27,059 nt of DNA from a virus (taxonomy: Duplodnaviria; Caudoviricetes). The DNA is taken from IMG/VR virus record IMGVR_UViG_3300037212_000025, positions 1-27,059 of that record. The stretch is one strand, 5' to 3'. Made by a program: the position numbers and the translations under genes. Under the pieces are notes generated by a model. It ran no database searches. It saw only the letters and a program-made list of their open reading frames with translations, and had not been told where the DNA came from. Shown piece after piece: positions 8,901-16,391 of the stretch (positions are counted from its first letter, which is position 1; every line of letters begins with the position of its first letter).

Positions 8901-9302
8901 CAGTAGCACGGGCGGGACGGTGAGCAAGCTCAGCCACTGGCCAGCGTACAGGGTGCCGTTCTTCGCGTAGACGCGTAGTCCGGTCACATAGGCGGCGCCA
9001 CCTTCGTAACCGGGGGCCCGCTTGATCGTCGGCTTGCTGTTCACCGGCAGTCCGAGGACGACGTGGTATCCGCAGTCGACGACCTGGAAGATCTGCTGCT
9101 TCCACTGGTCTGTGGCTCCGACGTTGACGTTGAACGCGACGAAGATCTCGCCGTCGGCGGGGGCGTGGCCGTCGCACACGCTGGTGCCGAAGTCCACAAC
9201 ACCGACGTCAGGTGCTTGCCACACGCCCGCAAAGATCTCCGACCAGCCAGAAAACAGCTGTGGAGAACCGACGTAGACGAAGTCAGCCTGGACGGTGGTC
9301 AT
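5925..9302 (-). CDS. Large modular tail fibre / receptor-binding-like structural protein (1125 aa)
   Basis: Long ORF coupled to the spike gene. It has three internal copies of one ~145-aa module, two of a second module, and a poly-Gly linker. The fibre function is inferred. Confidence 0.65.
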   Translation of the reverse strand: MTTVQADFVYVGSPQLFSGWSEIFAGVWQAPDVGVVDFGTSVCDGHAPADGEIFVAFNVNVGATDQWKQQIFQVVDCGYHVVLGLPVNSKPTIKRAPGYEGGAAYVTGLRVYAKNGTLYAGQWLSLLTVPPVLLDQDAVTWRVDNIYPPTMNNAWTGRGIGNDTYAVQKTAAADFLALYPDFPTLDQATQDAIIADLNRLMAQVMGNAVITHAPGYGGTVTTAPNTGAGFDLPIPSFVVMVDGAGAFSSLWWKSGIPATAWVQVAGVSGGGGGGGVTLSSDIPLPDGIGNAGDLASGQATAKGHIHPANPAPPPPALATSTLYTAKVGASLFRGDVYCPFKSSEVLFPCYIPDPTVALVQADFVYQGDYGCLGRIFPVWNELSPGVWQDSYPALGSYGTFASQCDGHAPADGEFFIAYNFTPDPGDIRKQQIYQVVDCGVHVVGGSTVYSKVTVQRAADYQDGSAYVAGLHLYVRNGLLYAGKWFHLLTAQPITLDTTDMYWEVLSSYTPTASKEELLSSAQMVAEGANSRTQYGNQPAWSTFEPGGLQIGPTFTSKPLGVTSIPAGTFRAWLLLRNSVAVTTSAEVRWWIKHADNTTDVPFLSMTSGPITSTTDDIYEFTGTLAAPVTTVSTDVVQCGVFAHGSNDPSTGVVLNWTFQEPSRFSRFQVTWQPDGVVAIFAGWTEISPGIMQRDVTGPLSLVQFDGMPVNEDNPTGVSRRIGNTVFAFDVSIDDASKKLTGPWIVDDVGGHIENYGTPEQTFIQTHARMHRAPDYSYSAAFVHGMMFQCDNGDTYGGGYFTLNSTSVVLGTTAMDWSWTTGDAPTTDDKYEALTGPQLTSEGALTTYLEMSVTGGSGFGGGSFADTEFPHHFDSLALGVAELGIGPYAVDVESASASGISGGAVALLRVKLIDVDNGGAVIMILDSSAITAARAVRFVGSPLSAPYSFSPDRRLQVKWYLRTNSATPVTMTMAYNSSARGTKLTVPFVMPVSGASDGVHDHLSGRDTVNNHFGVGTCTTASGIVPVPTKKKMVVTVDGNPVLQGMHAEGLETGIDIALTFLQSCSIIGEAPGLGTGVCKFLTSHMDGSTPDNLDTLPAGARIGVTYYATELPQSPCFQLTWGPLS
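8007..8264. repeat. Copy 2 of the direct repeat shared with 1-258
   Basis: 8007-8112 is identical to 1-106; the remainder is a diverged, gap-free homolog. Confidence 0.97.
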
Positions 9303-10051
9303 TTGGTGAACACCACGTCTGATAGGAAACTCTTCTTCGCCGTGGCGGCCAGCTTGAACGCCTCAAATGCAGCGACGAGCATCGTGAACCCTGGAGTCAG
9401 TCCGCTGTATGGGCCCGCCGCCGCTGAGGCGAGGGACTGAGCCGCCTTCTCCATGGCGTCGAGGAGCTGGTCTTCCGCCTGGCGGTAGCTCGTGCCCAGC
9501 ACGTTCTGCTCGGTGGCGTCCTGGTTGCCAGCGCGGATCGTTCCGTCCTGGCCGATGAAGAGCTGGACGCCCGGGTTGCCGGCGGTGCCGGCAGTGCGAA
9601 TGTCGATCGGCACGTCCTTCGCGTGGATCAGCAGGCGGTTGTTGTCGAAGATCGGCTTTCCGCCGTCAGTCGGCTGGCGGTTCGATCGCGTGTGCAGGAT
9701 GGCAACAATCACGCACGCCATGAGCGAGCCGCCAGGGTTCTGCACCACCACGGGATCGCCAGGTCGAATCGGCGCGAGGATGGTCACGTCGCCGGCCTGG
9801 ACGCCAGCGTAGCGGGCGGTCACGTGGTGGCCGTTGGACAGCAGCACGTCCACGTGCACGCCTCCGGAGCTGTTCCACACCGCTCGGTTGTCCTCGTAGT
9901 CGCAGGTGCCAGAAGAACGGTCCAGCGTGCAGACAGTGCCCTCCATGACCCACGCCCGGGTGTCAATGCCAGGCCTGGCCACGGCCTCACTCAGCGCGCG
10001 CGCATCGATGCCGCCGCGGACGTCGGTGCCGCGTGAGCGACCGCCCTTCAC
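9299..10051 (-). CDS. Baseplate central spike (gpV/gp45/gp5 OB-fold type)
   Basis: VHVDVLL...VTARY...ILAPIRPGDPVVV..PGG....VIVAIL matches the OB-fold pattern of spikes, followed by short beta repeats and C-terminal FLSDVVFTK. It lies immediately after the hub. Confidence 0.7.
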   Translation of the reverse strand: MKGGRSRGTDVRGGIDARALSEAVARPGIDTRAWVMEGTVCTLDRSSGTCDYEDNRAVWNSSGGVHVDVLLSNGHHVTARYAGVQAGDVTILAPIRPGDPVVVQNPGGSLMACVIVAILHTRSNRQPTDGGKPIFDNNRLLIHAKDVPIDIRTAGTAGNPGVQLFIGQDGTIRAGNQDATEQNVLGTSYRQAEDQLLDAMEKAAQSLASAAAGPYSGLTPGFTMLVAAFEAFKLAATAKKSFLSDVVFTK

Positions 10052-12273
10052 CGCTTCGCTCCTATCCTGCCGGCATTGTCGACCACGACGGTGCTTCGCT
10101 TCTCCTCGGCGGTCTTTTTGCGTCCGGGGGTTGTCGTGGCCTTCCGCTTGCGGCGGTCGTTCATTTCACGGCTGGTGGCATCCATGTTCGCCGGGTCGTT
10201 TGCCGGCATGTAGTTGGTGAGCTCGAGGCGCGCGTGAAAGATGTCGTCGCCCTGCTTGAAGCTCATCTGAACGCCACGGCAGTAGTAGACGCTCGGAAGC
10301 TTCGCCGTCTGGTAGGCACGCTGAATCTTGCGAGCCGTTTCCGTTAGCTTTCCCGGGTCCATGCTTCCGTCGGTGCGCCAAGAGCCCCAGCGGTTGTTCT
10401 GCTCGGTGAGTGCCTTCAGGACGTTGGATCCGCCGAGGTCGTAGAACTCCGACAGGCTGCAAATCGTGAGGTCGGAGCTATCGGTCGACCGCCTCGCCAC
10501 CGTCACCTGCACCGGCGTCCCGGCGCAGAGGCGTAGCAAGTCCGGCTGGTCATTGTGCTGGAGCGGAACGAGCTGGCCGTTCGTTGCGCTGGCCACTGGG
10601 TTGATGTACGAGGCGAGCTCGTCCGTCTCGATCTCCATGGTCAGCTCTTGCCTGGCGAGCTGGTGGTAGAGCGACACCGCGATCGAGTCCAGGGCCAGCT
10701 GGTCGCGGATGCCCTGCACCTCGAAGATGCGGACCGAGTCGATTTTGCCGTGCCCCTTCTCGCCCATCTTGCTGGCCGACTTACCGCCGCCCTTCCCTCC
10801 CTTGCCTTTCGCCTTGGTGACGTGCTTGGGGAAGCGGCTCATCAACTGCCGCTTGGCGCCCTCGGCGTCCGGGTTGTAGGCGTGCACTTCTACGGCTTGC
10901 GGTCGCGCCTTGCCCATCTTGCGGGCCAGCTTCATCTTCGAAAGGTTGTGCCCCCAGACCATAAACCGGACGTCCGATCCGAAGGCGTTCCCCTGCGCGT
11001 CGGTGAAGTTGCGGCGGAAGCCGTCGCGAGAGCCGCCGGAGATCTGAGTCCCGCTCGAGATGTCGTCGAGGAAAGCCTCGGGCGGCACGATGAGCAGGCA
11101 GTTGGCAGGATCCACCGTCTGCTCGACGCCGGCAATGCTCCCCGTGGCAGAGGGCAGGCTTGGCCGATAGAGCGGCATCACGCCACACAGCTCACACGCC
11201 TGCGTGATGAGATCCCATATGGGCATGCCCTCCGGGGTGACTGCGGTCGGTGGCATGCCAGCTAGACCACCTGGCGCCTCGTCTCCCAAGCCCTGAGGAT
11301 CCGCGCCAGCTAGACCACCTGGCGCCTCGTCTCCCAAGCCCTGAGGATCCGCGCCCTCGACGGTTGAATCTGGCTGGGCATTCACCGGGTTTCCAGCCGC
11401 CTGCCCCGCGGCCGCGTTTCGGCTGGACGCTGTCTGCAGTGACCGCAGCAAGATCTTGCGGGACAGTTTCGGCTCAGCCTTTGCCGCGCCACCGTACCAG
11501 ACCGCTCGAAAGGCGTGGCCGTGCTGGCCCGACGTCGGAGGAAACTCCGACAGGATGCGGTTGATGTAGGTCGTGAGGTACGCCTCGGACGCCTGCATCT
11601 GGTGCGTCTTGGCGCGCGGGTTGATGTGGTTGTCGATCAGGACCGCGATGTAGCTGCGGGCCTTCAGGTGCACCGTCCCGCTCGTCTCGTCGTGCTCCAT
11701 CTCCGGAAGGTCGACGTAGCCGTTGAACCTGCGCACGCACCGGTCGCTTGGAATGGCCTTCAGACGCCAGCTGTCCGGCGTAGCGAAGTCCTCGACACTG
11801 ACCGTGCCCACCCACGCCTCGACTCGGATCTCGCGAATGATGAGCGGGTGCAGTGGGAGATCCTGAAACGGGAACGATGCCGTCAGCTGGTCTGCCTCGC
11901 GAAAGCCTCGGTCTTCGAAGTCCAGGTCCTGCGGAACCGTGATGAACTCCACCGAAAAGTCATCGCCGGCACCCTTGTCACCGGCAGCCGAGTCGCCCTG
12001 AAGCTGCGCCTTGGTGGCGTTGCGCCTGAGAGCCTTCGCCATCGTGATAAGGCCTATCATCGCCGACTTGGAGCGGCCCTGGTTGGCGGCTGCTAGGGCT
12101 GCGAGCTTGCCCTCGATGATCGCGGCGTCCGCCTGCTGCTTAACCGCCGCGTCCTGGTACGGCTTCGAACCGTCCTGCGCATCCGAGTCGTCGGCCGCAC
12201 CGAAGTCCTCGAGGCGAACGAACATGCGCAGAAGCCAAGCCGGGCGATAGTCGCGAGGCTGCGGGCTGGTCAC
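10048..12273 (-). CDS. Baseplate hub protein (gpD/gp44/gp27-like)
   Basis: 741 aa between the LysM/tail-X gene and the spike. Contains RFNGYVD...VHLKARSYIAVLID, IWDLITQACELCG and WGHNLSKMKLARK segments consistent with hub proteins. Confidence 0.65.
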   Translation of the reverse strand: MTSPQPRDYRPAWLLRMFVRLEDFGAADDSDAQDGSKPYQDAAVKQQADAAIIEGKLAALAAANQGRSKSAMIGLITMAKALRRNATKAQLQGDSAAGDKGAGDDFSVEFITVPQDLDFEDRGFREADQLTASFPFQDLPLHPLIIREIRVEAWVGTVSVEDFATPDSWRLKAIPSDRCVRRFNGYVDLPEMEHDETSGTVHLKARSYIAVLIDNHINPRAKTHQMQASEAYLTTYINRILSEFPPTSGQHGHAFRAVWYGGAAKAEPKLSRKILLRSLQTASSRNAAAGQAAGNPVNAQPDSTVEGADPQGLGDEAPGGLAGADPQGLGDEAPGGLAGMPPTAVTPEGMPIWDLITQACELCGVMPLYRPSLPSATGSIAGVEQTVDPANCLLIVPPEAFLDDISSGTQISGGSRDGFRRNFTDAQGNAFGSDVRFMVWGHNLSKMKLARKMGKARPQAVEVHAYNPDAEGAKRQLMSRFPKHVTKAKGKGGKGGGKSASKMGEKGHGKIDSVRIFEVQGIRDQLALDSIAVSLYHQLARQELTMEIETDELASYINPVASATNGQLVPLQHNDQPDLLRLCAGTPVQVTVARRSTDSSDLTICSLSEFYDLGGSNVLKALTEQNNRWGSWRTDGSMDPGKLTETARKIQRAYQTAKLPSVYYCRGVQMSFKQGDDIFHARLELTNYMPANDPANMDATSREMNDRRKRKATTTPGRKKTAEEKRSTVVVDNAGRIGAKR
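11257..11355. repeat. Perfect in-frame 48-bp tandem duplication in the hub gene
   Basis: GCCAGCTAGACCACCTGGCGCCTCGTCTCCCAAGCCCTGAGGATCCGC occurs at 11257-11304 and 11305-11352; it encodes GADPQGLGDEAPGGLA twice. Confidence 0.97.
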
Positions 12274-13505
12274 GTGACTCCACCCTGCCGAGGTTGAATC
12301 GTCTGGTCGGGCATGCGCGGGATGTAGATCGGCGGGCCCCCGTTGTCACTCGGCCCGGTCGGGTTCGGGGGAACCTCGGAATCGGGCAGATCGTTGTAGT
12401 CCGCGATGACGTCCCAGTCGTCGGCGTTGCCGTAGTGTTTCACGGCTAGGTCTCGGAGGTCGCTGCCGACCGGCGGGCGAACGATTGCAATAATGTCGGG
12501 GACCTGCTGGCTAGCTAGATTCGAGGAGGTGACGAACGCTTGCTGAGCCAGCAAGTCCCACGACAAGACCAAATCGTAAAGCGAGATCTGCCCGTCGAGG
12601 CGCTGCAGCGGATCGTCGGTTGGGAACATCGCTAGCTTCGCGCGCGCCGCCTGCTGGCGGAAGAGTGTACCGGCGTCCACGAACGCCTGCCCGGACAGCG
12701 TGCCGCTGGTCCACAGGCCAGCCACGTCGCTCACCGAGGCTCGCCCGTTTTGACAGACCACGACCAGGTGGTCGCACACGCCGCGGACACGGTCGGCAAC
12801 CTGGCTCGGGATGCCCCCGCCATTGGCAGCGTCGGAGAGCATGGCGCTTGCACCGTCGATGGTGTCTAGGGCGTCGATGATGGAGTTTTGCACGTCGTCC
12901 AGCGCATCGGAGACCGTCAGGAGCGCCCCGGCCTCGGCGCTTTGCCAGGCGAAGAACGCGTCGAGGAAAGATTCCGTCTGGTCTTGCGTGTCCTGAAGCT
13001 GCTCCGACAGGGCGCTGAAGTCGTTACTTGGCGTGAATGCCTTCGACAGCAGCGGGGCCTTGGCCTGCAGTGCTCCACCGGACCACTCGAACTCGCACGT
13101 CCACTCAATGTGCCAGGTCGTGTTGTACTTCGGGACGAACTTCGAGATCTTCCCGCGGCGAACGATGGCCGGGTCTTCGCCGTTGGTGAGCTGCCGTCCG
13201 CCCCAGCGGACCTCAAGTGGGATCGCCCGGTCGCGAAGCGCTTCGAACTGCAGGACGAGACTGCGAGCCCCGCCTTCGCCGAGGTCCACGTCCATCCAAC
13301 GGCCGCCCATGATCGTGGGCAAGACCATGGGGCCGCCGGCGGTCTGGGTTCCGACTGGGTTGCCCACGTACCAGGTCGTCTTCAGGCGCTGTTGGCCGCC
13401 GAACTCCATTCCCTTGAACGGGAGACCACCGGCTCGGAGGTTGATCGTCGGGTAGCCGTCGACCAGCGGAATGATTTCGACGAGGCCGCCCTGTTCGTCG
13501 GCCAT
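12270..13505 (-). CDS. Tail tube initiator / baseplate protein with C-terminal LysM (tail X-like) domain
   Basis: Follows the tape measure gene. N-terminal beta domain, helical middle, and C-terminal SDLRDLAVKHYGNADDWDVIADYNDL, a LysM/gpX-like motif. Confidence 0.75.
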   Translation of the reverse strand: MADEQGGLVEIIPLVDGYPTINLRAGGLPFKGMEFGGQQRLKTTWYVGNPVGTQTAGGPMVLPTIMGGRWMDVDLGEGGARSLVLQFEALRDRAIPLEVRWGGRQLTNGEDPAIVRRGKISKFVPKYNTTWHIEWTCEFEWSGGALQAKAPLLSKAFTPSNDFSALSEQLQDTQDQTESFLDAFFAWQSAEAGALLTVSDALDDVQNSIIDALDTIDGASAMLSDAANGGGIPSQVADRVRGVCDHLVVVCQNGRASVSDVAGLWTSGTLSGQAFVDAGTLFRQQAARAKLAMFPTDDPLQRLDGQISLYDLVLSWDLLAQQAFVTSSNLASQQVPDIIAIVRPPVGSDLRDLAVKHYGNADDWDVIADYNDLPDSEVPPNPTGPSDNGGPPIYIPRMPDQTIQPRQGGVT

Positions 13506-15334
13506 CAGCGCACCACCGCAGGAATGAGGGAGCCGCGCGGGTTGTGGGCGATGTCCATAACCTCGTTGGTGAGCTTGTGCCAGATGCGGTCAGGGTTCGC
13601 GTCCTTGAAGTCCGGGTGGATCTCGAGGTGCTGGATGGTCTGGTTGATGGGCGCCTTGGGCGATATTGCGGATCCTGACTTTGTCAGGTCGGGATACGCC
13701 TTGAGCAGCTGGTCGGCGAATCCGTTCAGAAGCGACGCCACCCTGCCGGCGGCCTTATCGATGAAGTCAGAGCCCTGCACGCTCTTCGCGCTGACGCCCT
13801 TGAGGCCGAACATCCCGAGTTGCTTGGCGGCCGTCTCAGGCGCCATGCTGCGCAGATCCGCCGCGATGGAAGCTGCAGACAGATGGCCATGTCCAATCTT
13901 CATCCCATAGGCGTCGAAGCTGCTTTTGAGATGGCCAAAGGTTTCCTTAACCGAGCGCTCGTTCAGTGCCGAGCTCATGGCCTTGGCGCCGGCCGTGAGG
14001 GCGTCCATTGCCCGAGGAGCGGCACGCTGCTGTTCGAGCTGCTTGGACTGCTGAGCATCGAGCAACCTGGCGAGTCCCTCCGCGCCGATGTACAGCGCCC
14101 CGAGGGCCTCGGTTACCATCAAGGCCTTACCGGCAACGCTGGCGAACCTGCCGACTGTCTCGGCCATGCTCGGCCGCAAGGAAGTCGCCAGCGCTTGGGC
14201 CGCCGGCTTCCCGAGGCCAGCTGCACCGCTCGAGTCGATGTTCACGATGCCGGCGCGCACCTGCATGGTGCCGACGGCTCCAGCTGCACCCGCCGCCGCT
14301 CCAGCTATTCCACCGGCTCCGCCCTTCTTGCCCCACGCCGCCAGTCCCTCGGTCATGCCGACGAGCTTGCTCGCGCCGAAGATCAGCGCGATCGACTTCC
14401 AGTGGTCGGCGATGAACGACGTGGTGTCTTTCAGGTAGCCGAAGACCGTGACGAGCTTCTGTCCGTAGTCGCGGGCGATGCTCATCCCGCCTTCCCTGAC
14501 CTGGGTAATGCGTGATGCCCACGCACCGATTTCCTTGGTTACTTCCTTGAATACCGGTCCCGTGAGATCGCGAGTGAGATCCTTGACGGTTTTGCGAATG
14601 TCGAACAGAGAACCGGATAGCCCCTTGCCCATGCCCTCGGCCGCCGGCATGAGATCGCCCATTGCCTTCTGCAGCTTCTCGAAGCGCTTTTTCTCGCCGA
14701 GCTTTGAGAACGCCTTGAGGTCGCCAACGCCGAAGCGGAGCGTCTTGCTTAAGTCGTCGAAGCCACGGATCTTCCCGGTGAGCGCCGCCCGGCCGATGAC
14801 CATGGACGCGCCCTCGGCGCTGGTCCCGAGAACCTTATGGGCCGCGGCCAGCTTCTCGGTGTAGTCGAGCTGTTGCTCCTGAGACAGTCCATACCGAGCG
14901 CTGATGGCCGTGGTCGACTTGTAGATGTCGGCCAGATCGTCGCGCCCCATCTTGAGCTTGCTTTCCGACGATTCCAGCCGCTCGACGATCTCCTGCCCCT
15001 GCTCCAGCGACTCGTTCCACTTCTGCTGTCCGCTGATGCCCTTCTCCCAGCCGCCGAACGTGTACTGCACGCCCGCGATGCGCTTGGCCGCCTGCTCGAG
15101 CTCGGTGTTCGCGTCCCTCGCCGTTTCTGCAATGGCGTGGAATCCGATCCCGAGACCGACGGCCCCGAGTGCGGTCATGGCCGTACTGTGGCCAAGAGAG
15201 CTGAGCTTCTGTGTCGTTCGGTCGACCGCACTGTGGAACTGCTCCACCGACCGAGTCATCTTCTCGGTCGGCGCGCTCGTGTGGTCCTGGACGGTGAAGT
15301 CCAGGCCTTCCACTTGGGTCGTGTTCTCAGTCAT
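13505..15334 (-). CDS. Tape measure protein (609 aa)
   Basis: Ala/Gly/Lys-rich helical protein after the chaperone. N-terminal FTVQDHTSAP motif is typical of tape measures. Start reassigned to ATG 15334, one base after the stop of the frameshifted chaperone. Confidence 0.85.
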   Translation of the reverse strand: MTENTTQVEGLDFTVQDHTSAPTEKMTRSVEQFHSAVDRTTQKLSSLGHSTAMTALGAVGLGIGFHAIAETARDANTELEQAAKRIAGVQYTFGGWEKGISGQQKWNESLEQGQEIVERLESSESKLKMGRDDLADIYKSTTAISARYGLSQEQQLDYTEKLAAAHKVLGTSAEGASMVIGRAALTGKIRGFDDLSKTLRFGVGDLKAFSKLGEKKRFEKLQKAMGDLMPAAEGMGKGLSGSLFDIRKTVKDLTRDLTGPVFKEVTKEIGAWASRITQVREGGMSIARDYGQKLVTVFGYLKDTTSFIADHWKSIALIFGASKLVGMTEGLAAWGKKGGAGGIAGAAAGAAGAVGTMQVRAGIVNIDSSGAAGLGKPAAQALATSLRPSMAETVGRFASVAGKALMVTEALGALYIGAEGLARLLDAQQSKQLEQQRAAPRAMDALTAGAKAMSSALNERSVKETFGHLKSSFDAYGMKIGHGHLSAASIAADLRSMAPETAAKQLGMFGLKGVSAKSVQGSDFIDKAAGRVASLLNGFADQLLKAYPDLTKSGSAISPKAPINQTIQHLEIHPDFKDANPDRIWHKLTNEVMDIAHNPRGSLIPAVVR

Positions 15335-15335
15335 C

Positions 15336-15901
15336 TTACTTCTGCTTGTTTTCCGATTCAACCAGCCTGCTAAGGGCTTCCTTGAAGTCGGTCACTTCGA
15401 AGCGCGACAGGCTGAAAACTTCAGAGAGTGGCTGGTGTCCGTATCTGCAACAGTAGGCTACATCGTCCCAAAGTGCGTCGAGGAGCTTGCCTTCTACGCT
15501 CCGGGAAGGCGCACCTTCACACTGGCGAAAAAATCGTCACGCTGACGCTTCGTGGGCAAGCAGTATTTCATGAAGCCGCCGGCCAGAAGGTCGCGCACCA
15601 CGGGCGAGAACGATTCCCACGTCCGCACCTTGTCGTCGGCTTCCCAGGTGATCTTGCGTCCGTCCACTTCGTCGAGGGCGCGCATGGCCCCCTCGTACTC
15701 GTAGCTGTGGCCGCCGTTATCCTTGGCCTGCAGCGCCGACTTCTCTTCCATGTAGGTCAGGCGTCGAAGGGTGACCTTCTTCGGGTCAGTCTCCAAGATC
15801 GTGCCGGGCGTGTCCGTATCTTCTTTGATCTCGAAGTCGTAACGTGGAAGTCGCGCGATTGCGTCCGCCGCTCCCGCGGCGATGTTCTGTGATTCTGACA
15901 T
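15336..15901 (-). CDS. Long tail assembly chaperone isoform (gpGT / P2 E+E'-like) made by -1 frameshift, ~188 aa
   Basis: The -1 frame after T-TTT-TTC reads RQCEGAPSRSVEGKLLDALWDDVAYCCRYGHQPLSEVFSLSRFEVTDFKEALSRLVESENKQK and stops at TAA 15338-15336, immediately before the tape measure ATG. Confidence 0.85.
15494..15901 (-). CDS. Tail assembly chaperone (gpG / P2 gpE-like)
   Basis: 135 aa between tube and tape measure, with strong GAGGAGG RBS and a KVTLRRLTYMEE motif. Confidence 0.85.
   Translation of the reverse strand: MSESQNIAAGAADAIARLPRYDFEIKEDTDTPGTILETDPKKVTLRRLTYMEEKSALQAKDNGGHSYEYEGAMRALDEVDGRKITWEADDKVRTWESFSPVVRDLLAGGFMKYCLPTKRQRDDFFASVKVRLPGA
15527..15533 (-). promoter_or_regulatory. 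Programmed -1 ribosomal frameshift slippery heptamer U UUU UUC
   Basis: Minus-strand GAT TTT TTC in the chaperone frame fits X XXY YYZ. The -1 frame is closed by TGA two codons upstream and has no ATG of its own. Confidence 0.85.
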
Positions 15902-15926
15902 GGGGCCTCCTCCTCAATGAAAACGT

Positions 15927-16373
15927 TTAGACGTAGTTCGGGATGTACATGCTGGCTTTCGCCGAGAATGCCATCTTCACGAACTGCTCACGTCCCGGCA
16001 CGCTCAGGTCGCCGTTGGCGCCGAACTTCAGATCGGGAATGGTCAGGCGGGCGCTGAACCCAGACGGGAACGCGAGCCGCAGGCCGAGGTTGATCTGCAG
16101 GTTGCCCTGCCCGGTGCGCGCGCGCTGGTAGACCGCGTTCTGCATCTGGAGGATCTCCTTGCCCTCGGGCTCGACCGACCACGAGATGTCGACCTCGTCG
16201 AAGATCTCTCGGTGCCGCTTCGCTGACTCGCCGAGGAAACCCTCGCTGAGCAGCGTCTGCACGAGCTTGAGCTCGATGTTGGACAGGGCGCTCGTCTCCG
16301 CGAGCAAGGCCCCGTCTTGGGTGAGCCGCATCGTCGAGTCGCGGCCAAGGATCCGGTAATCAGCATTTGGCAT
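15927..16373 (-). CDS. Tail tube protein
   Basis: 148-aa beta-rich protein directly after the sheath, with a GGAG RBS. Confidence 0.8.
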   Translation of the reverse strand: MPNADYRILGRDSTMRLTQDGALLAETSALSNIELKLVQTLLSEGFLGESAKRHREIFDEVDISWSVEPEGKEILQMQNAVYQRARTGQGNLQINLGLRLAFPSGFSARLTIPDLKFGANGDLSVPGREQFVKMAFSAKASMYIPNYV

Positions 16374-16391
16374 GGGTCACTTGCTCCTGTG

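Noticed and set aside
11257-11355. CRISPR array or attachment site
   Set aside because: Two adjacent copies with no spacer, in frame within a coding region.
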